From: Hyphomicrobiales bacterium
GTDB lineage: Bacteria > Pseudomonadota > Alphaproteobacteria > Rhizobiales > Rhizobiaceae
Assembly (NCBI GenBank): GCA_002401155.1
Contig: NVSG01000001.1
Span: forward strand, 905,052 to 969,051
Length of the DNA: 64,000 nt
Direction: 5' to 3'
In this document: piece by piece, positions 29,920 to 39,357 of the stretch
Numbering within the stretch: position 1 is the first letter of the stretch
How the letters are laid out: each line of letters begins with the position of its first letter
The notes under the pieces: generated by a model
The model's input: only the letters and a program-made list of their open reading frames with translations
What the model was told of the DNA's origin: nothing
Databases searched by the model: none
Program-made: the position numbers and the translations under genes

Positions 29920-30412
29920 ATTAGCCTATACCTATCTGGAAAGTCCCATCGGCCAGCTTCTAGTGGCAGGCGACGAACAGCATTTGTATTACATCAGCTT
30001 CCCGGGCGGCAAAGGTAAAATCACGCCTCACGACAATTGGCACGAAGACCCCGCCCCATTCAAAGAAATCGCCAAACAGCTCACTGCATATTTCAAAGGT
30101 GAACTGGAGAATTTCGATATCCCGATGGTGCTCAACGGTACGGATTTTCAGGAAAACGTCTGGACCGCCCTTTGCGATATCCCCTATGGCGAAACTATCT
30201 CCTATGGCGAACTGGCAAGGCGCATCGACAGGCCAAAAGCCAGCCGCGCGGTAGGTGCTGCCAATGGTGCGAACCATCTACCCATCATCATCCCCTGCCA
30301 CCGGGTAATCGGCGCCAATAATTCACTCACAGGCTTTGGCGGCGGCATTGAAACCAAGCAATATTTGCTACAGCACGAACAGGGCGAAGACCCGCAACTG
30401 ACTTTGATTTAG
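29906..30412 (+). CDS. ogt: methylated-DNA--protein-cysteine methyltransferase
   Basis: Active site IIIPCHRVIGANNSLTGFGGG. ATG 29906 overlaps the end of the Ada-like gene. The ORF-track start is 29813. Confidence 0.9.
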   Translation: MSNPELAYTYLESPIGQLLVAGDEQHLYYISFPGGKGKITPHDNWHEDPAPFKEIAKQLTAYFKGELENFDIPMVLNGTDFQENVWTALCDIPYGETISYGELARRIDRPKASRAVGAANGANHLPIIIPCHRVIGANNSLTGFGGGIETKQYLLQHEQGEDPQLTLI

Positions 30413-30415
30413 AGT

Positions 30416-30435
30416 AAGTCAACTTCGGTTGACTT
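30416..30435 (+). terminator. stem-loop immediately after ogt
   Basis: AAGTCAAC-TTCG-GTTGACTT, a perfect 8-bp stem with a tetraloop, 4 nt after the stop. There is no T-tract. Confidence 0.4.
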
Positions 30436-30440
30436 GCTTA

Positions 30441-30559
30441 GGTGGCGAAGAGCCCCCCGGCGCTAGCTGCGCCGCCCATACGGAGGGCCCGAGTGAAACG
30501 AGGATACGCCCGTGAGAACAAAATAACCTAGATCGTTTCCGTCAAAGACGGACACGATC
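30441..30559 (+). repeat. intergenic repeat element, copy A (~119 nt, ends in a 13-bp hairpin)
   Basis: GGTGGCGAAGAGCCCCCCGGCGCTAGCTGCGCCGCCCATACGGAGGGCCCGAGTGAAACGAGGATACGCCCGTGAGAAC...GATCGTTTCCGTC-AAA-GACGGACACGATC. About 90% identical by eye to 51390..51507. Confidence 0.8.
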
Positions 30560-31515
30560 TAGAGAAGCTTGCGAATAAACTTCTGCTCGATAACTTCCTT
30601 GCCCCATTGGTCCCCTGCTTGCTCTTCAGCCAATACAAAACCAAAAGCTTCATATAGCTTGCGCGCGGCATCCAGCCCCTGAAATGTCCAGAGGTGAGTC
30701 TCATCAAATTTTTGCGCATCGCAAAAATCAACAACTACCTGCATGAAGCGACGCCCAAGACCCGCCCCGCGCAATCCATCATCAACAATGAACCAGCGCA
30801 GATGTGCAATATTATCGCCAAGATCTTCGCTATCAATCGTGACGCTCCCGACAATCGCCCCGCGTTTGGTTGCGTACCAAGTCGCGTTTTTAGAGTTTTC
30901 CAGACGGGGAACAAATTCCGCCATGCCACCGGCAACCAATGCTTCAAAAGCTGCGCCAAAACCTGAATGCTTGCTATAGTATGAGGCGTGCATACTGGCC
31001 ACTTGCCCGATAAGTCCGGGAACATAACCTTGATGTAGGGTCACCTCGCTTTTCGCCGGATCAACCAGCCGCGTATCACCAAGGGCAGCAGCGTAAATCT
31101 CCAGCCCTTCCAGCACCTTATCGCGCTTTTCTTCACTTAAAGGAGCAATTGCGGATGCCACTTGATTTTCGGCAAATTCGACGATATTTCCCATCGCGAT
31201 TTGGCCCGTATCACTCAAACTCAGATACTTCACCCGGCCATCAGTTTCCGCTGGCGTTTCAACCACCAACCCATCGGCTACCAAGGACTTAACCAGCCGA
31301 CTGATGGTGGATTTTTCCAGTAACAAAATTTGACCCAGCATCTTCGCCGTAATTTCACTGGCGAGCCCAATCTCAACAATCGCATGAACCGCTGAGGGGG
31401 ATAGTTCTGTACCGGCTAAGGTCTGTTTGAGAAATCCCAATTCCCGCACCAACTCACGCGATGCGGTACGAATGGCCGAGATGGTTTTTGCCTGAGAAGA
31501 GTTCATAAATTGCAT
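30559..31515 (-). CDS. MarR-type HTH fused to a GNAT acetyltransferase domain
   Basis: The N-terminal ~140 aa form a wHTH (LGQILLLEKSTISRLVKSLVADGLV). The C-terminal GNAT domain has LRWFIVDDGLRGAGLGRRFM. Confidence 0.8.
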   Translation of the reverse strand: MQFMNSSQAKTISAIRTASRELVRELGFLKQTLAGTELSPSAVHAIVEIGLASEITAKMLGQILLLEKSTISRLVKSLVADGLVVETPAETDGRVKYLSLSDTGQIAMGNIVEFAENQVASAIAPLSEEKRDKVLEGLEIYAAALGDTRLVDPAKSEVTLHQGYVPGLIGQVASMHASYYSKHSGFGAAFEALVAGGMAEFVPRLENSKNATWYATKRGAIVGSVTIDSEDLGDNIAHLRWFIVDDGLRGAGLGRRFMQVVVDFCDAQKFDETHLWTFQGLDAARKLYEAFGFVLAEEQAGDQWGKEVIEQKFIRKLL

Positions 31516-31570
31516 CCATTTAGTTGCTAGCTACAACTAAATGGATGAACAACAGATGTCAATTTTTACC

Positions 31571-32689
31571 CTAGAGCATTCCAAGAACGGCGGCATATAC
31601 CACCCCCGAAAGGAACGCGCCGGAAGCTGCCATAACCAGATAGAGCGCAAACAGCCGCGGCTTGGCCAATGTCCAAACCGCAATCGCAGCGGGAATGCTA
31701 GTAACGCTGCCAGCCAACATAAAGGAAAGCCCGGTCGCAGGCGACATGCCCAGATCAAGCAGACCACGCACCAACGGAATGGCTGCATATCCATTGAGAT
31801 AGGCAGGAACGCCAATCACCACCGCCAAAGGAATGGCAAACGGATTGCCATCCCCAAGCCATTCGGCAACGGTGGCTGCGGGTAAATAGGCAACCATCAG
31901 GCTTTCCAGCAAAAAGGCGAAGGCAAGCCAGCGCCCAAGGAACCAACCAGAGGAAAGCGTCTCGCTCCAAAAGGTTTTCAGCCGCGCACTTTCCTGCCAG
32001 AATTTCCATACTGGCCGCGCCTCTTTAAGGTCGGGAGAACAACTCGAAGCCCCACAAGATGGTTTCGCAATGTTCTTGAGCACATCATCCAGCGCACCGG
32101 TTTTTGAAATCAGCAGAGTGACGTACCCCGTCAACAATCCCATACAAACGGCAGCCATCGTTTTGACCACGGTGAATTCCAAGCCAATACCTGCGGCGGT
32201 AAGCACAAACATTTCCGGGTCCATAATTGGTGAGGCGATACAAAACGCCAGTACCGGAGCAATAGGAACACCGGCTGCCAACAGGCCCGCAACCAGCGGA
32301 ATAACCCCACAAGAACAAAACGGCGAAAGCGCCCCAAATATCGAAGCAACAGCAATCGCCTTCACGGGACTACCTTCAAATGCCTTGGCAACAATCTGGT
32401 CAGCACCGCTGGCCTTAAGATAAGATGCCAAAGCCACAGAGAGCAAAATAAAAGGCAGAATGCCCACCAATGCCTCAAATGTGAAAGTCAAACTCGTGCC
32501 CGCTTGCGAAGGCACCAGCAGAAGCAAGACAGCAAATATCAAACCAGATAAAACAATTGGCGCACCAAGTTGCTTCCAAACGGTCGAGATATAAGTTTGC
32601 AAAGATGCCCCATCCGAGCGCTCTGGATCGGGAGAACAACATGTTGTCGGAGCGGTAATTTTATTTATGACATTCATTTTAATTTCCAC
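31571..32689 (-). CDS. UPF0718/ArsP-like permease, Cys-rich
   Basis: Polytopic protein with signature SPFCSCGVIPLV. Extra Cys clusters are TTCCSP near the N-terminus and SCGASSCSP in a central loop. Confidence 0.8.
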   Translation of the reverse strand: MEIKMNVINKITAPTTCCSPDPERSDGASLQTYISTVWKQLGAPIVLSGLIFAVLLLLVPSQAGTSLTFTFEALVGILPFILLSVALASYLKASGADQIVAKAFEGSPVKAIAVASIFGALSPFCSCGVIPLVAGLLAAGVPIAPVLAFCIASPIMDPEMFVLTAAGIGLEFTVVKTMAAVCMGLLTGYVTLLISKTGALDDVLKNIAKPSCGASSCSPDLKEARPVWKFWQESARLKTFWSETLSSGWFLGRWLAFAFLLESLMVAYLPAATVAEWLGDGNPFAIPLAVVIGVPAYLNGYAAIPLVRGLLDLGMSPATGLSFMLAGSVTSIPAAIAVWTLAKPRLFALYLVMAASGAFLSGVVYAAVLGML

Positions 32690-32733
32690 TTACCTAGGTT
32701 TATAGTTATTTTTTCTCAAAAAAGGGAAGTAAT

Positions 32734-33063
32734 CTATGCAGCATCTCCGCATAATTCATTCGATTGCTGATCAGCACAGCACTCATCTTCAAGGCTGTGC
32801 AAAACACTGGTCAGCATCTCAAGTTCGGCAAAGCAAAACACGCTACGCCCCTGCCTTTGCTGGGTTACCAGCCCGACCTCAACCAGACCGCGCAAATGAA
32901 ACCCAAGGGTCGATGGCGGCACCTCCAAACGCTTGCCAATCTCGCCAATGGTCACCCCGTCCTTGCCCGATTTCAACAACAGTCGAAAAATCGCCAGCCG
33001 GGTCTCATTGCCCAACTCTGCCAATGTGCGTGTAACGTGGTCTGGTTTCATAATAACATCCAT
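32734..33063 (-). CDS. ArsR/SmtB family metalloregulator
   Basis: LGNETRLAIFRLLLKSGKDGVTIGEIGKRLEVPPSTLGFHLRGL. A C-terminal CC pair is present (EDECCADQ). The ORF-track start is 33093. Confidence 0.8.
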   Translation of the reverse strand: MDVIMKPDHVTRTLAELGNETRLAIFRLLLKSGKDGVTIGEIGKRLEVPPSTLGFHLRGLVEVGLVTQQRQGRSVFCFAELEMLTSVLHSLEDECCADQQSNELCGDAA

Positions 33064-33336
33064 AGCATGAGAAAAACAAATAAACAACCACAAAACTAGT
33101 TTTATAGATATGTATGTTTCCCCAGCTCCTCCAGCAAGCCTATGGTTTCATATTCAAGTTTCGATAAATAGTCCAACATCTCCGAAGCTTCATTGATATG
33201 TATCATACCGCCGCTTGCCCCTGCCTGATCAAATAATTCAAACATCTGTATCCGCAGCTATTCATCTATCCGAATTTTACCGTTGAACAAATGCAAGCAG
33301 GCCCATTGCGTTAATGCCCTAAAAAGCCTGATAGGA

Positions 33337-34260
33337 TTACGCTAGTTCTTCCAGCCACGGCGGGTTAGCCCCGGCACGGGTAACAGAGATCCCAGCAACC
33401 TTAGTTGCCATTTCCACCGCAGCGCGCAAAGTTTTCTCATTAAGCTCACGCAATGAAGACTTGCTAAGAACGCCAGCCTTACTCAGCCCGGCAAGCAGCC
33501 CTCCGTTAAAGGAATCCCCTGCCCCGACCGTATCCACCACCTGCATTTTTTGCACAGGAACAACAATATCATGGTGCGGCGTAATAACCCGGCACCCTTC
33601 CGCTCCCATGGTGAAAACGACAATCGAAGTTCCGTTTTCAATCCATGATTTTGCAGACTGTTCGAACGAGCCGCCTGGCACCAGCCAGTCAAAATCCTCA
33701 TCCGATACCTTGATGATATCGCTCATTGCGATCATCCGCTCCATGCGGGACCGATGCACGGCCTCGTCCTTGATAAAACTCACCCGGATATTGGGATCAA
33801 GCGATATGACACGGGCTTGATGCTCGCGCTTCATCAGCACTTCGAGCGTCGTACCGCAAGGCTCCGAAATCAAGCTCATCGTACCAAAATGCAGCGCCGT
33901 CACCTTGTCACCAAAATCCGGCAAATCCGATTCTGAGATCATCCGGCCAGCGGTATTCTCATCATAAAATGTATATTGCGCCTGACCGTTGGTGAGTTTT
34001 ACAAAGGCCAGCGTGGTTGGCAATTCGCTGCGCACCGAATATTGAAAATCCACATCAGAAGCGTCAAGCGCCTCCGCCAGTTTCTCGCCAAACAAATCCG
34101 TCGAAAGGCCAGAGAAAAACCCTGCTTTTTCACCCAGCCGCCCAAGTGCAATCGCCGTATTGAATATCGCACCACCCGGCACTGGCAGCAAAACCTCACC
34201 ACCATCTTCCAATTGCCGCGGCAGCATATCAATCAACGCTTCACCACAACAAATGATCAT
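33337..34260 (-). CDS. PfkB family sugar kinase (fructokinase-like)
   Basis: Motifs PGGAIFNTA and DTVGAGDSFNGGLL. ATGA overlap with the upstream gene. Confidence 0.85.
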   Translation of the reverse strand: MIICCGEALIDMLPRQLEDGGEVLLPVPGGAIFNTAIALGRLGEKAGFFSGLSTDLFGEKLAEALDASDVDFQYSVRSELPTTLAFVKLTNGQAQYTFYDENTAGRMISESDLPDFGDKVTALHFGTMSLISEPCGTTLEVLMKREHQARVISLDPNIRVSFIKDEAVHRSRMERMIAMSDIIKVSDEDFDWLVPGGSFEQSAKSWIENGTSIVVFTMGAEGCRVITPHHDIVVPVQKMQVVDTVGAGDSFNGGLLAGLSKAGVLSKSSLRELNEKTLRAAVEMATKVAGISVTRAGANPPWLEELA

Positions 34261-35288
34261 GGCACCAGCATCACTTTGCCGGTGTTCATATGGCTAAGCT
34301 CTTCTGGCAATTCTGTCATGGCATCACGCAAGGAGATCGTGGCTCTAACATCTGTTTTCCACTTGCCGCTGGCAAACAGTTCCTGCACTTGCGCTATCAC
34401 TGCCATTTGCTCTTTAGGAGGTTTTGATTCCATCCATTTGGTCAGCCAGAAACCCGTAATCTCTTTACCGGTGAACACAAACTGCCCCATCTGGTTCAAA
34501 ACAGGCGCATCGGGAGACAGCTTGCCATAAACCACCCATTTAGCGCGACTTGGCATGGTAAAGAAGATATCCGCAGAAATCTGGTCAGCCACCGCATCAA
34601 GCAAAATGCGTGGCTTTTCTTCCTTCATGACCTGGCCAATCGCCAGCTGAAAATCCCCAGTCATACAATTTAGCACATGGGCCGCACCAAGGTTTTTCAA
34701 CATCTCGATCTGTTCATCATTGCGAACAATCGAAATCGCGTTAATCCCACTATCCTTTGCAAGACCGATAATCAATTTGCAAAGTTGGCTCGCCGCCGCC
34801 GTCATAATAAAGCTCGACGTACCCGATTGCTTAACTTCATCAAACATCGCGACCGCGGTGAGTGGATTCACAAACAATGTCGCCGCATCCTCATCACGCA
34901 AATCATCACGAACCGGAATACATGTGATCGCGTCAGCAATCACGTATTCAGCCCATGCACCGGACGCAGAAGCCAAAAACGCTACACGTTTACCAACAAG
35001 ACCTTCACCGCCAGCTCCAGCAGCGACCACTTCGCCAACACCTTCAAAGCCAGCAGGCACACCGATGCGGCGCGGCAAACCATATTCGCCCTTGATAAAA
35101 TGCAAATCCGATGGATTGATATTCGCCCGAATAAGACGGATCAAAACCTGACCATCGTCAGGTTCTGGAACATCAATTTCCTTGGCCTCAAGATAAGGTT
35201 CCAGCGTGGTAATTGATGGCCCTTCCTGCGTATTGGAATAGCCATCATTGAGCAAAACTAACGCAAACATTTTTGTGGGTAAAGACAT
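34257..35288 (-). CDS. MDR family NAD(P)H-dependent oxidoreductase (quinone reductase-like)
   Basis: 343 aa with a GroES-like N-domain (NPSDLHFIKGEYG) and a Rossmann domain. Confidence 0.75.
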   Translation of the reverse strand: MSLPTKMFALVLLNDGYSNTQEGPSITTLEPYLEAKEIDVPEPDDGQVLIRLIRANINPSDLHFIKGEYGLPRRIGVPAGFEGVGEVVAAGAGGEGLVGKRVAFLASASGAWAEYVIADAITCIPVRDDLRDEDAATLFVNPLTAVAMFDEVKQSGTSSFIMTAAASQLCKLIIGLAKDSGINAISIVRNDEQIEMLKNLGAAHVLNCMTGDFQLAIGQVMKEEKPRILLDAVADQISADIFFTMPSRAKWVVYGKLSPDAPVLNQMGQFVFTGKEITGFWLTKWMESKPPKEQMAVIAQVQELFASGKWKTDVRATISLRDAMTELPEELSHMNTGKVMLVP

Positions 35289-35297
35289 GGGAGGTTC

Positions 35298-36266
35298 CTA
35301 AGGTTTCAGTACAATTTTTCCGACCGCTTTACGGTCATGAATATGATTGAGAGCACTCGCAGCATCGCTGAGCGCAAATGTATCTTCAACATATGGCTTA
35401 ATTTTTCCAGCACCATACCAGTCCATCAACTCAGCCATATTCTCTGCGTATACACTTTGTTCCGTGCGAGTAAAAGTACCCCAGAAAACACCAACGACAC
35501 TATAGCCTTTAACCAAAGCCAGATTAACCGGGAATTTAGGTATCGTACCGGAGGTGAAGCCCACCACGAGCAGGCGTCCATTCCAGGCCATGGCGCGCGA
35601 ACAGGCGTCAAACACCTCTCCGCCCACCACATCAAACACCACATCGGCACCCTTACCACCGGTAGCTTCCTTGATGTTGTCTTTGAGATTCTCGTAGCCA
35701 AGCGCGATATCAGCACCGTTTTCCAGCACGATTTTGCGCTTTTCCTCAGTCGAGGCAATCGCAATAACCTTCGCCCCCATGGCTTTGCCAATCTGCACAG
35801 CGGCAAGGCCAGTCAAACCAGCAGCCCCGGTTACAACCAGCGTCTCGCCTTCAGCTAATTGCGCCCGTTGTTTCAATCCATAATGAGAGGTGCCAAACCC
35901 GCATAAAAGCGCGGTAACAGCATCAGCATTTACCCCATCGGGCACAGGCATAACAGTAGCCTTATTGGCCAGAACTTTTTCGGCGTAACATCCCAATTGG
36001 GCAATCGCAGCCACACGGTCGCCGACCTTAAAATTACTAACACCGGAACCAATCGAGACTATATGCCCAACCACTTCCATGCCGGGCACAAAAGGCACTT
36101 GCGGCTTGGCCTGATAAAGCCCCTGAACCAGCAGGCCATCGGGGAAATTTACCCCGATGGATTCGGCTTCAATCACCACCTCATTTTCACCCGCAACCGG
36201 CTCATCCATATCCCCGTAAACGAGATTATCGATGGAACCATACTCTTTGCAAATTATTGCTTTCAT
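35298..36266 (-). CDS. NADPH:quinone oxidoreductase family protein
   Basis: 322 aa. Motifs GVNFPDGLLVQGLYQ and VTGAAGLTGLAAVQIGKAMGAKVIA. Confidence 0.85.
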   Translation of the reverse strand: MKAIICKEYGSIDNLVYGDMDEPVAGENEVVIEAESIGVNFPDGLLVQGLYQAKPQVPFVPGMEVVGHIVSIGSGVSNFKVGDRVAAIAQLGCYAEKVLANKATVMPVPDGVNADAVTALLCGFGTSHYGLKQRAQLAEGETLVVTGAAGLTGLAAVQIGKAMGAKVIAIASTEEKRKIVLENGADIALGYENLKDNIKEATGGKGADVVFDVVGGEVFDACSRAMAWNGRLLVVGFTSGTIPKFPVNLALVKGYSVVGVFWGTFTRTEQSVYAENMAELMDWYGAGKIKPYVEDTFALSDAASALNHIHDRKAVGKIVLKP

Positions 36267-36285
36267 TTTCGCAAATGCTCCGAAA

Positions 36286-37551
36286 TTACATTTTCTGCTG
36301 GGTGTATTTTTTCAGTTCAGCGCGTGCCACCTGACGACGATGCACCGCATCCGGCCCATCGGCCAAACGCAGGGTACGCACATGCTGCCATGCTCTGGCC
36401 AGTGAGAAATCCTGAGAAATCCCCTGCGCCCCATGCATCTGCACCGCTTCATCAATGACTTTCAGCGCCATCAACGGAGCCACCACTTTAATCTGCGAAA
36501 TCCACGGTGCTGCAGCACGCTTATCACCTTGATCCATCATCCATGCAGCTTTGAGGCAAAGCAGTCTGGCCTGTTCAATTTCCATCCGGCAATTGGCGAT
36601 GATATCAAAGTTCGCACCCAATTGAGCAAGTGGCTTGCCAAAGGCTTCGCGTTGAATGGAACGTTTGCACATTTGTTCCAGCGCCCGTTCAGCTTGGCCA
36701 ATAGCACGCATACAATGGTGTATCCGGCCCGGCCCAAGCCGCCCTTGCGAAATCTCGAACCCACGCCCTTCACCAAGCAATAAATTGCTGGCAGGCACGC
36801 GTACATCTTTAAATTTAAGATGCATATGGCCGTGCGGCGCATCGTCCAGACCATAGACTTCCATCGGCCGCAATTTGGTAATTCCGGGCGTATCAGCTGC
36901 AACCAAAATCTGCGAATGCTGCTGATGCTTCGTGCGTTCTTCATCCGGGGATGCCACCATCACAATGTAAATTTTACAGCGGGGATCGCCTGCCCCTGAT
37001 GCCCACCACTTTTCACCATTGAGCACGTATTCATCACCATCGCGAACACAGCTCATTTCGATGTTGGTAGCATCCGATGAAGCCACATCCGGCTCAGTCA
37101 TCAAATAGGCTGAACGAATTTCGCCTTCCAGTAGAGGTGCCAGCCATTTTTTCTTGTGCTCCTCAGTGCCGTAGCGTTCCAGCACTTCCATATTACCCGT
37201 ATCCGGCGCACTACAGTTGAAAGTCTCGGCACCCAGATGCGCCTTGCCCATTTCCTCAGCCAGATAAGCGTATTCGACTGTTGTCAGGCCATAGCCACTT
37301 TCAGAGTTTGTCAGCCAGAAATTCCATAGCCCGCGTTCTTTCGCTTTGGCTTTCAGGCTAGAAAGGATTTCCTCCTGGCGCGCCGTATAGGTCCAGCGAT
37401 CGCCTTTTTCGACTTCGGCAAGAAATTCTTCATCAAGAGGCAAAATTTCCTCTTCGATCATCTTCGCCACTTGCTCATGCAAGGGACGGACCTTCTCGCT
37501 CATACCCAGTGCCATGGCATCGCCGGATTTCATTTCAGAACCGCTACTCAT
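36286..37551 (-). CDS. acyl-CoA dehydrogenase (FadE2/ACAD10-like)
   Basis: Motifs [31 protein letters not shown], and the C-terminal helical domain. Confidence 0.9.
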   Translation of the reverse strand: MSSGSEMKSGDAMALGMSEKVRPLHEQVAKMIEEEILPLDEEFLAEVEKGDRWTYTARQEEILSSLKAKAKERGLWNFWLTNSESGYGLTTVEYAYLAEEMGKAHLGAETFNCSAPDTGNMEVLERYGTEEHKKKWLAPLLEGEIRSAYLMTEPDVASSDATNIEMSCVRDGDEYVLNGEKWWASGAGDPRCKIYIVMVASPDEERTKHQQHSQILVAADTPGITKLRPMEVYGLDDAPHGHMHLKFKDVRVPASNLLLGEGRGFEISQGRLGPGRIHHCMRAIGQAERALEQMCKRSIQREAFGKPLAQLGANFDIIANCRMEIEQARLLCLKAAWMMDQGDKRAAAPWISQIKVVAPLMALKVIDEAVQMHGAQGISQDFSLARAWQHVRTLRLADGPDAVHRRQVARAELKKYTQQKM

Positions 37552-37940
37552 ATTTCATTCTCCCAACTAACATTCGGAAATCATTACCGAACAAAAAACT
37601 AAAACAATTAATCAGGCATCTTGTCATCACACACAAGAGGCATATTGTAAGAAAGTCGTAGATCATGAATGCACAATCAAGAACGAAATGGCGATGAAAC
37701 CGCGAAAAACTGCGAGGAGTAAAGGGTACAGAACGGGTTATTTACCCATTCAATTTTTTTGACGCGGCAGATTGAAGCGGCCTCACCGTCTTGCGGATAT
37801 AATCCCTTTGCCCAACTCAATCATTGCAAGCTCTTGAAAACTAGATAGTTTCCTGCGAACTTGCACCCAGTATCTGAACAAATGGATCACACCATATCGT
37901 CCCTGATTATGCGTTCATGACCTAGACGCTGACATTCCTC

Positions 37941-38765
37941 ATGGAGAAACATATGAATATTTTGAACCGCCTCTTTTCGCTAGAGGGGAAAACCGCACTG
38001 GTTACCGGAGGTGCCACAGGCATTGGCCGAATGATTGCCACCGCACTGGTTGAAGCTGGCGCTCATGTGATGATTGCATCACGTAAGGGCGAAGACTGTG
38101 TAACAGTCGCCAACGAAATCAACGCTTCCAATCCATTGGGAAAAGCGGAAGGTTTTTCAGGCAATGTAGGCACAGAAGAAGGCGTCGATAACCTCGTTGC
38201 AGAGGTAAAATCACGCACCGATAAACTCAATATTTTGGTCAATAATGCAGGCGTCACCTGGGGCGCGCCACTGGATGAGTTTCCTTATGGAGCCTGGGCC
38301 AAGATCATGGATGTGAACGTCACCGGACTGTTCCACCTAACCCAACAACTCCTTCCATTGCTGGATAACGCAGCCAGTGACGAAGACCCGGCCCGGGTCA
38401 TCAATCTGGGTTCCATCATGGGCACTGTTGCCATGGGCGATGGCGCTTATTCCTATTCAGCTTCAAAAGCAGCTGTGCACCAACTTACCAGAATTCTCGG
38501 CAAGGAACTGGCATCACGCCGCATTACGGTAAACGCTTTTGCCCCCGGCCCGTTCCAAAGTAAAATGACAGCCTTTGCTACCGGCAGCGATGAAAAAGCT
38601 GCCAAAGTTGGAGAAGGCGTGCCACTAGGCCGCATCGGTTCTCCGGATGATATTGCTGGTGCAGCGCTGTTTTTATGCGGCAAAGGCGGCTCATACGTCA
38701 CCGGTGCAATCCTTCCTTTATGCGGTGGCGGACATTTACTCACCGGCGACCCTCTGTTTGATTAA
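37941..38765 (+). CDS. SDR family oxidoreductase (ketoacyl reductase-like)
   Basis: Motifs TGGATGIG, NNAG, YSYSASKAA. The start may be ATG 37953. Confidence 0.85.
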   Translation: MEKHMNILNRLFSLEGKTALVTGGATGIGRMIATALVEAGAHVMIASRKGEDCVTVANEINASNPLGKAEGFSGNVGTEEGVDNLVAEVKSRTDKLNILVNNAGVTWGAPLDEFPYGAWAKIMDVNVTGLFHLTQQLLPLLDNAASDEDPARVINLGSIMGTVAMGDGAYSYSASKAAVHQLTRILGKELASRRITVNAFAPGPFQSKMTAFATGSDEKAAKVGEGVPLGRIGSPDDIAGAALFLCGKGGSYVTGAILPLCGGGHLLTGDPLFD

Positions 38766-38777
38766 GGCTCATAAAAG

Positions 38778-39242
38778 ATGGACACAATTCCCATTAAAGA
38801 AATCGTCGCGAGCGCCGGTACATTTGAAGCAACGTCCCCATGGGTGGAAGTTTCTCAAGCAATGATCAACCAGTTTGCCGATGCAACCCACGATCACCAG
38901 TTCATCCATGTGGATGAAGCCCGTGCCAGAGCGGAAACGCCTTATGGCGGCACAATTGCCCACGGATTCTTGACCCTTTCCTTGCTTTCAAAGTTTGCTA
39001 TAGACAGCATTCCCAAAGCAACAGAGGCCATTCGCGCGGTAAATTACGGCTTTGAAAAAATCCGTTTTCTTGCTCCCGTAAAATCTGGTTCTAGAGTACG
39101 CGGAAACATCAAACTGGCCGAATGTACAGAACGAAAACCCGGAGAATTCCTGTCGCGATATATCGTGAGTGTGGAAATCGAAGGTGAAGAAAAACCAGCC
39201 CTTGTCGCCGAATGGCTCGGCATGGCAGTAGTAAATACATAG
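38778..39242 (+). CDS. MaoC-like (R)-specific enoyl-CoA hydratase
   Basis: Hotdog fold with FADATHDHQFIHVDEARA...GGTIAHGFLTLSL. Confidence 0.85.
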   Translation: MDTIPIKEIVASAGTFEATSPWVEVSQAMINQFADATHDHQFIHVDEARARAETPYGGTIAHGFLTLSLLSKFAIDSIPKATEAIRAVNYGFEKIRFLAPVKSGSRVRGNIKLAECTERKPGEFLSRYIVSVEIEGEEKPALVAEWLGMAVVNT

Positions 39243-39357
39243 CACAATCTGAAAAGTGGGGACCGGTTTTCAGAGAAATTGTGCGCGAAAATAAACATAT
39301 AGGCACTTTTTGCGATTCAAAAATCGCAAAAAGTGCCCCAGATGGAGATAATTAAGA

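Noticed and set aside
30429-30515. Possible small peptide encoded in the intergenic repeat (…GGEEPPGASCAAHTEGPSETRIRP*).
   Set aside because: Copy B has an in-frame TAA just upstream and no start codon. Copy C deletes most of the frame. The conservation therefore looks nucleotide- or structure-level rather than coding.
33102-33245. 47-aa minus-strand ORF (MFELFDQAGASGGMIHINEASEMLDYLSKLEYETIGLLEELGKHTYL) in the arsR/fructokinase intergenic region.
   Set aside because: It has no convincing RBS and no recognisable motif, and I cannot assess conservation. It might be a real small protein, but the evidence is insufficient to call it.
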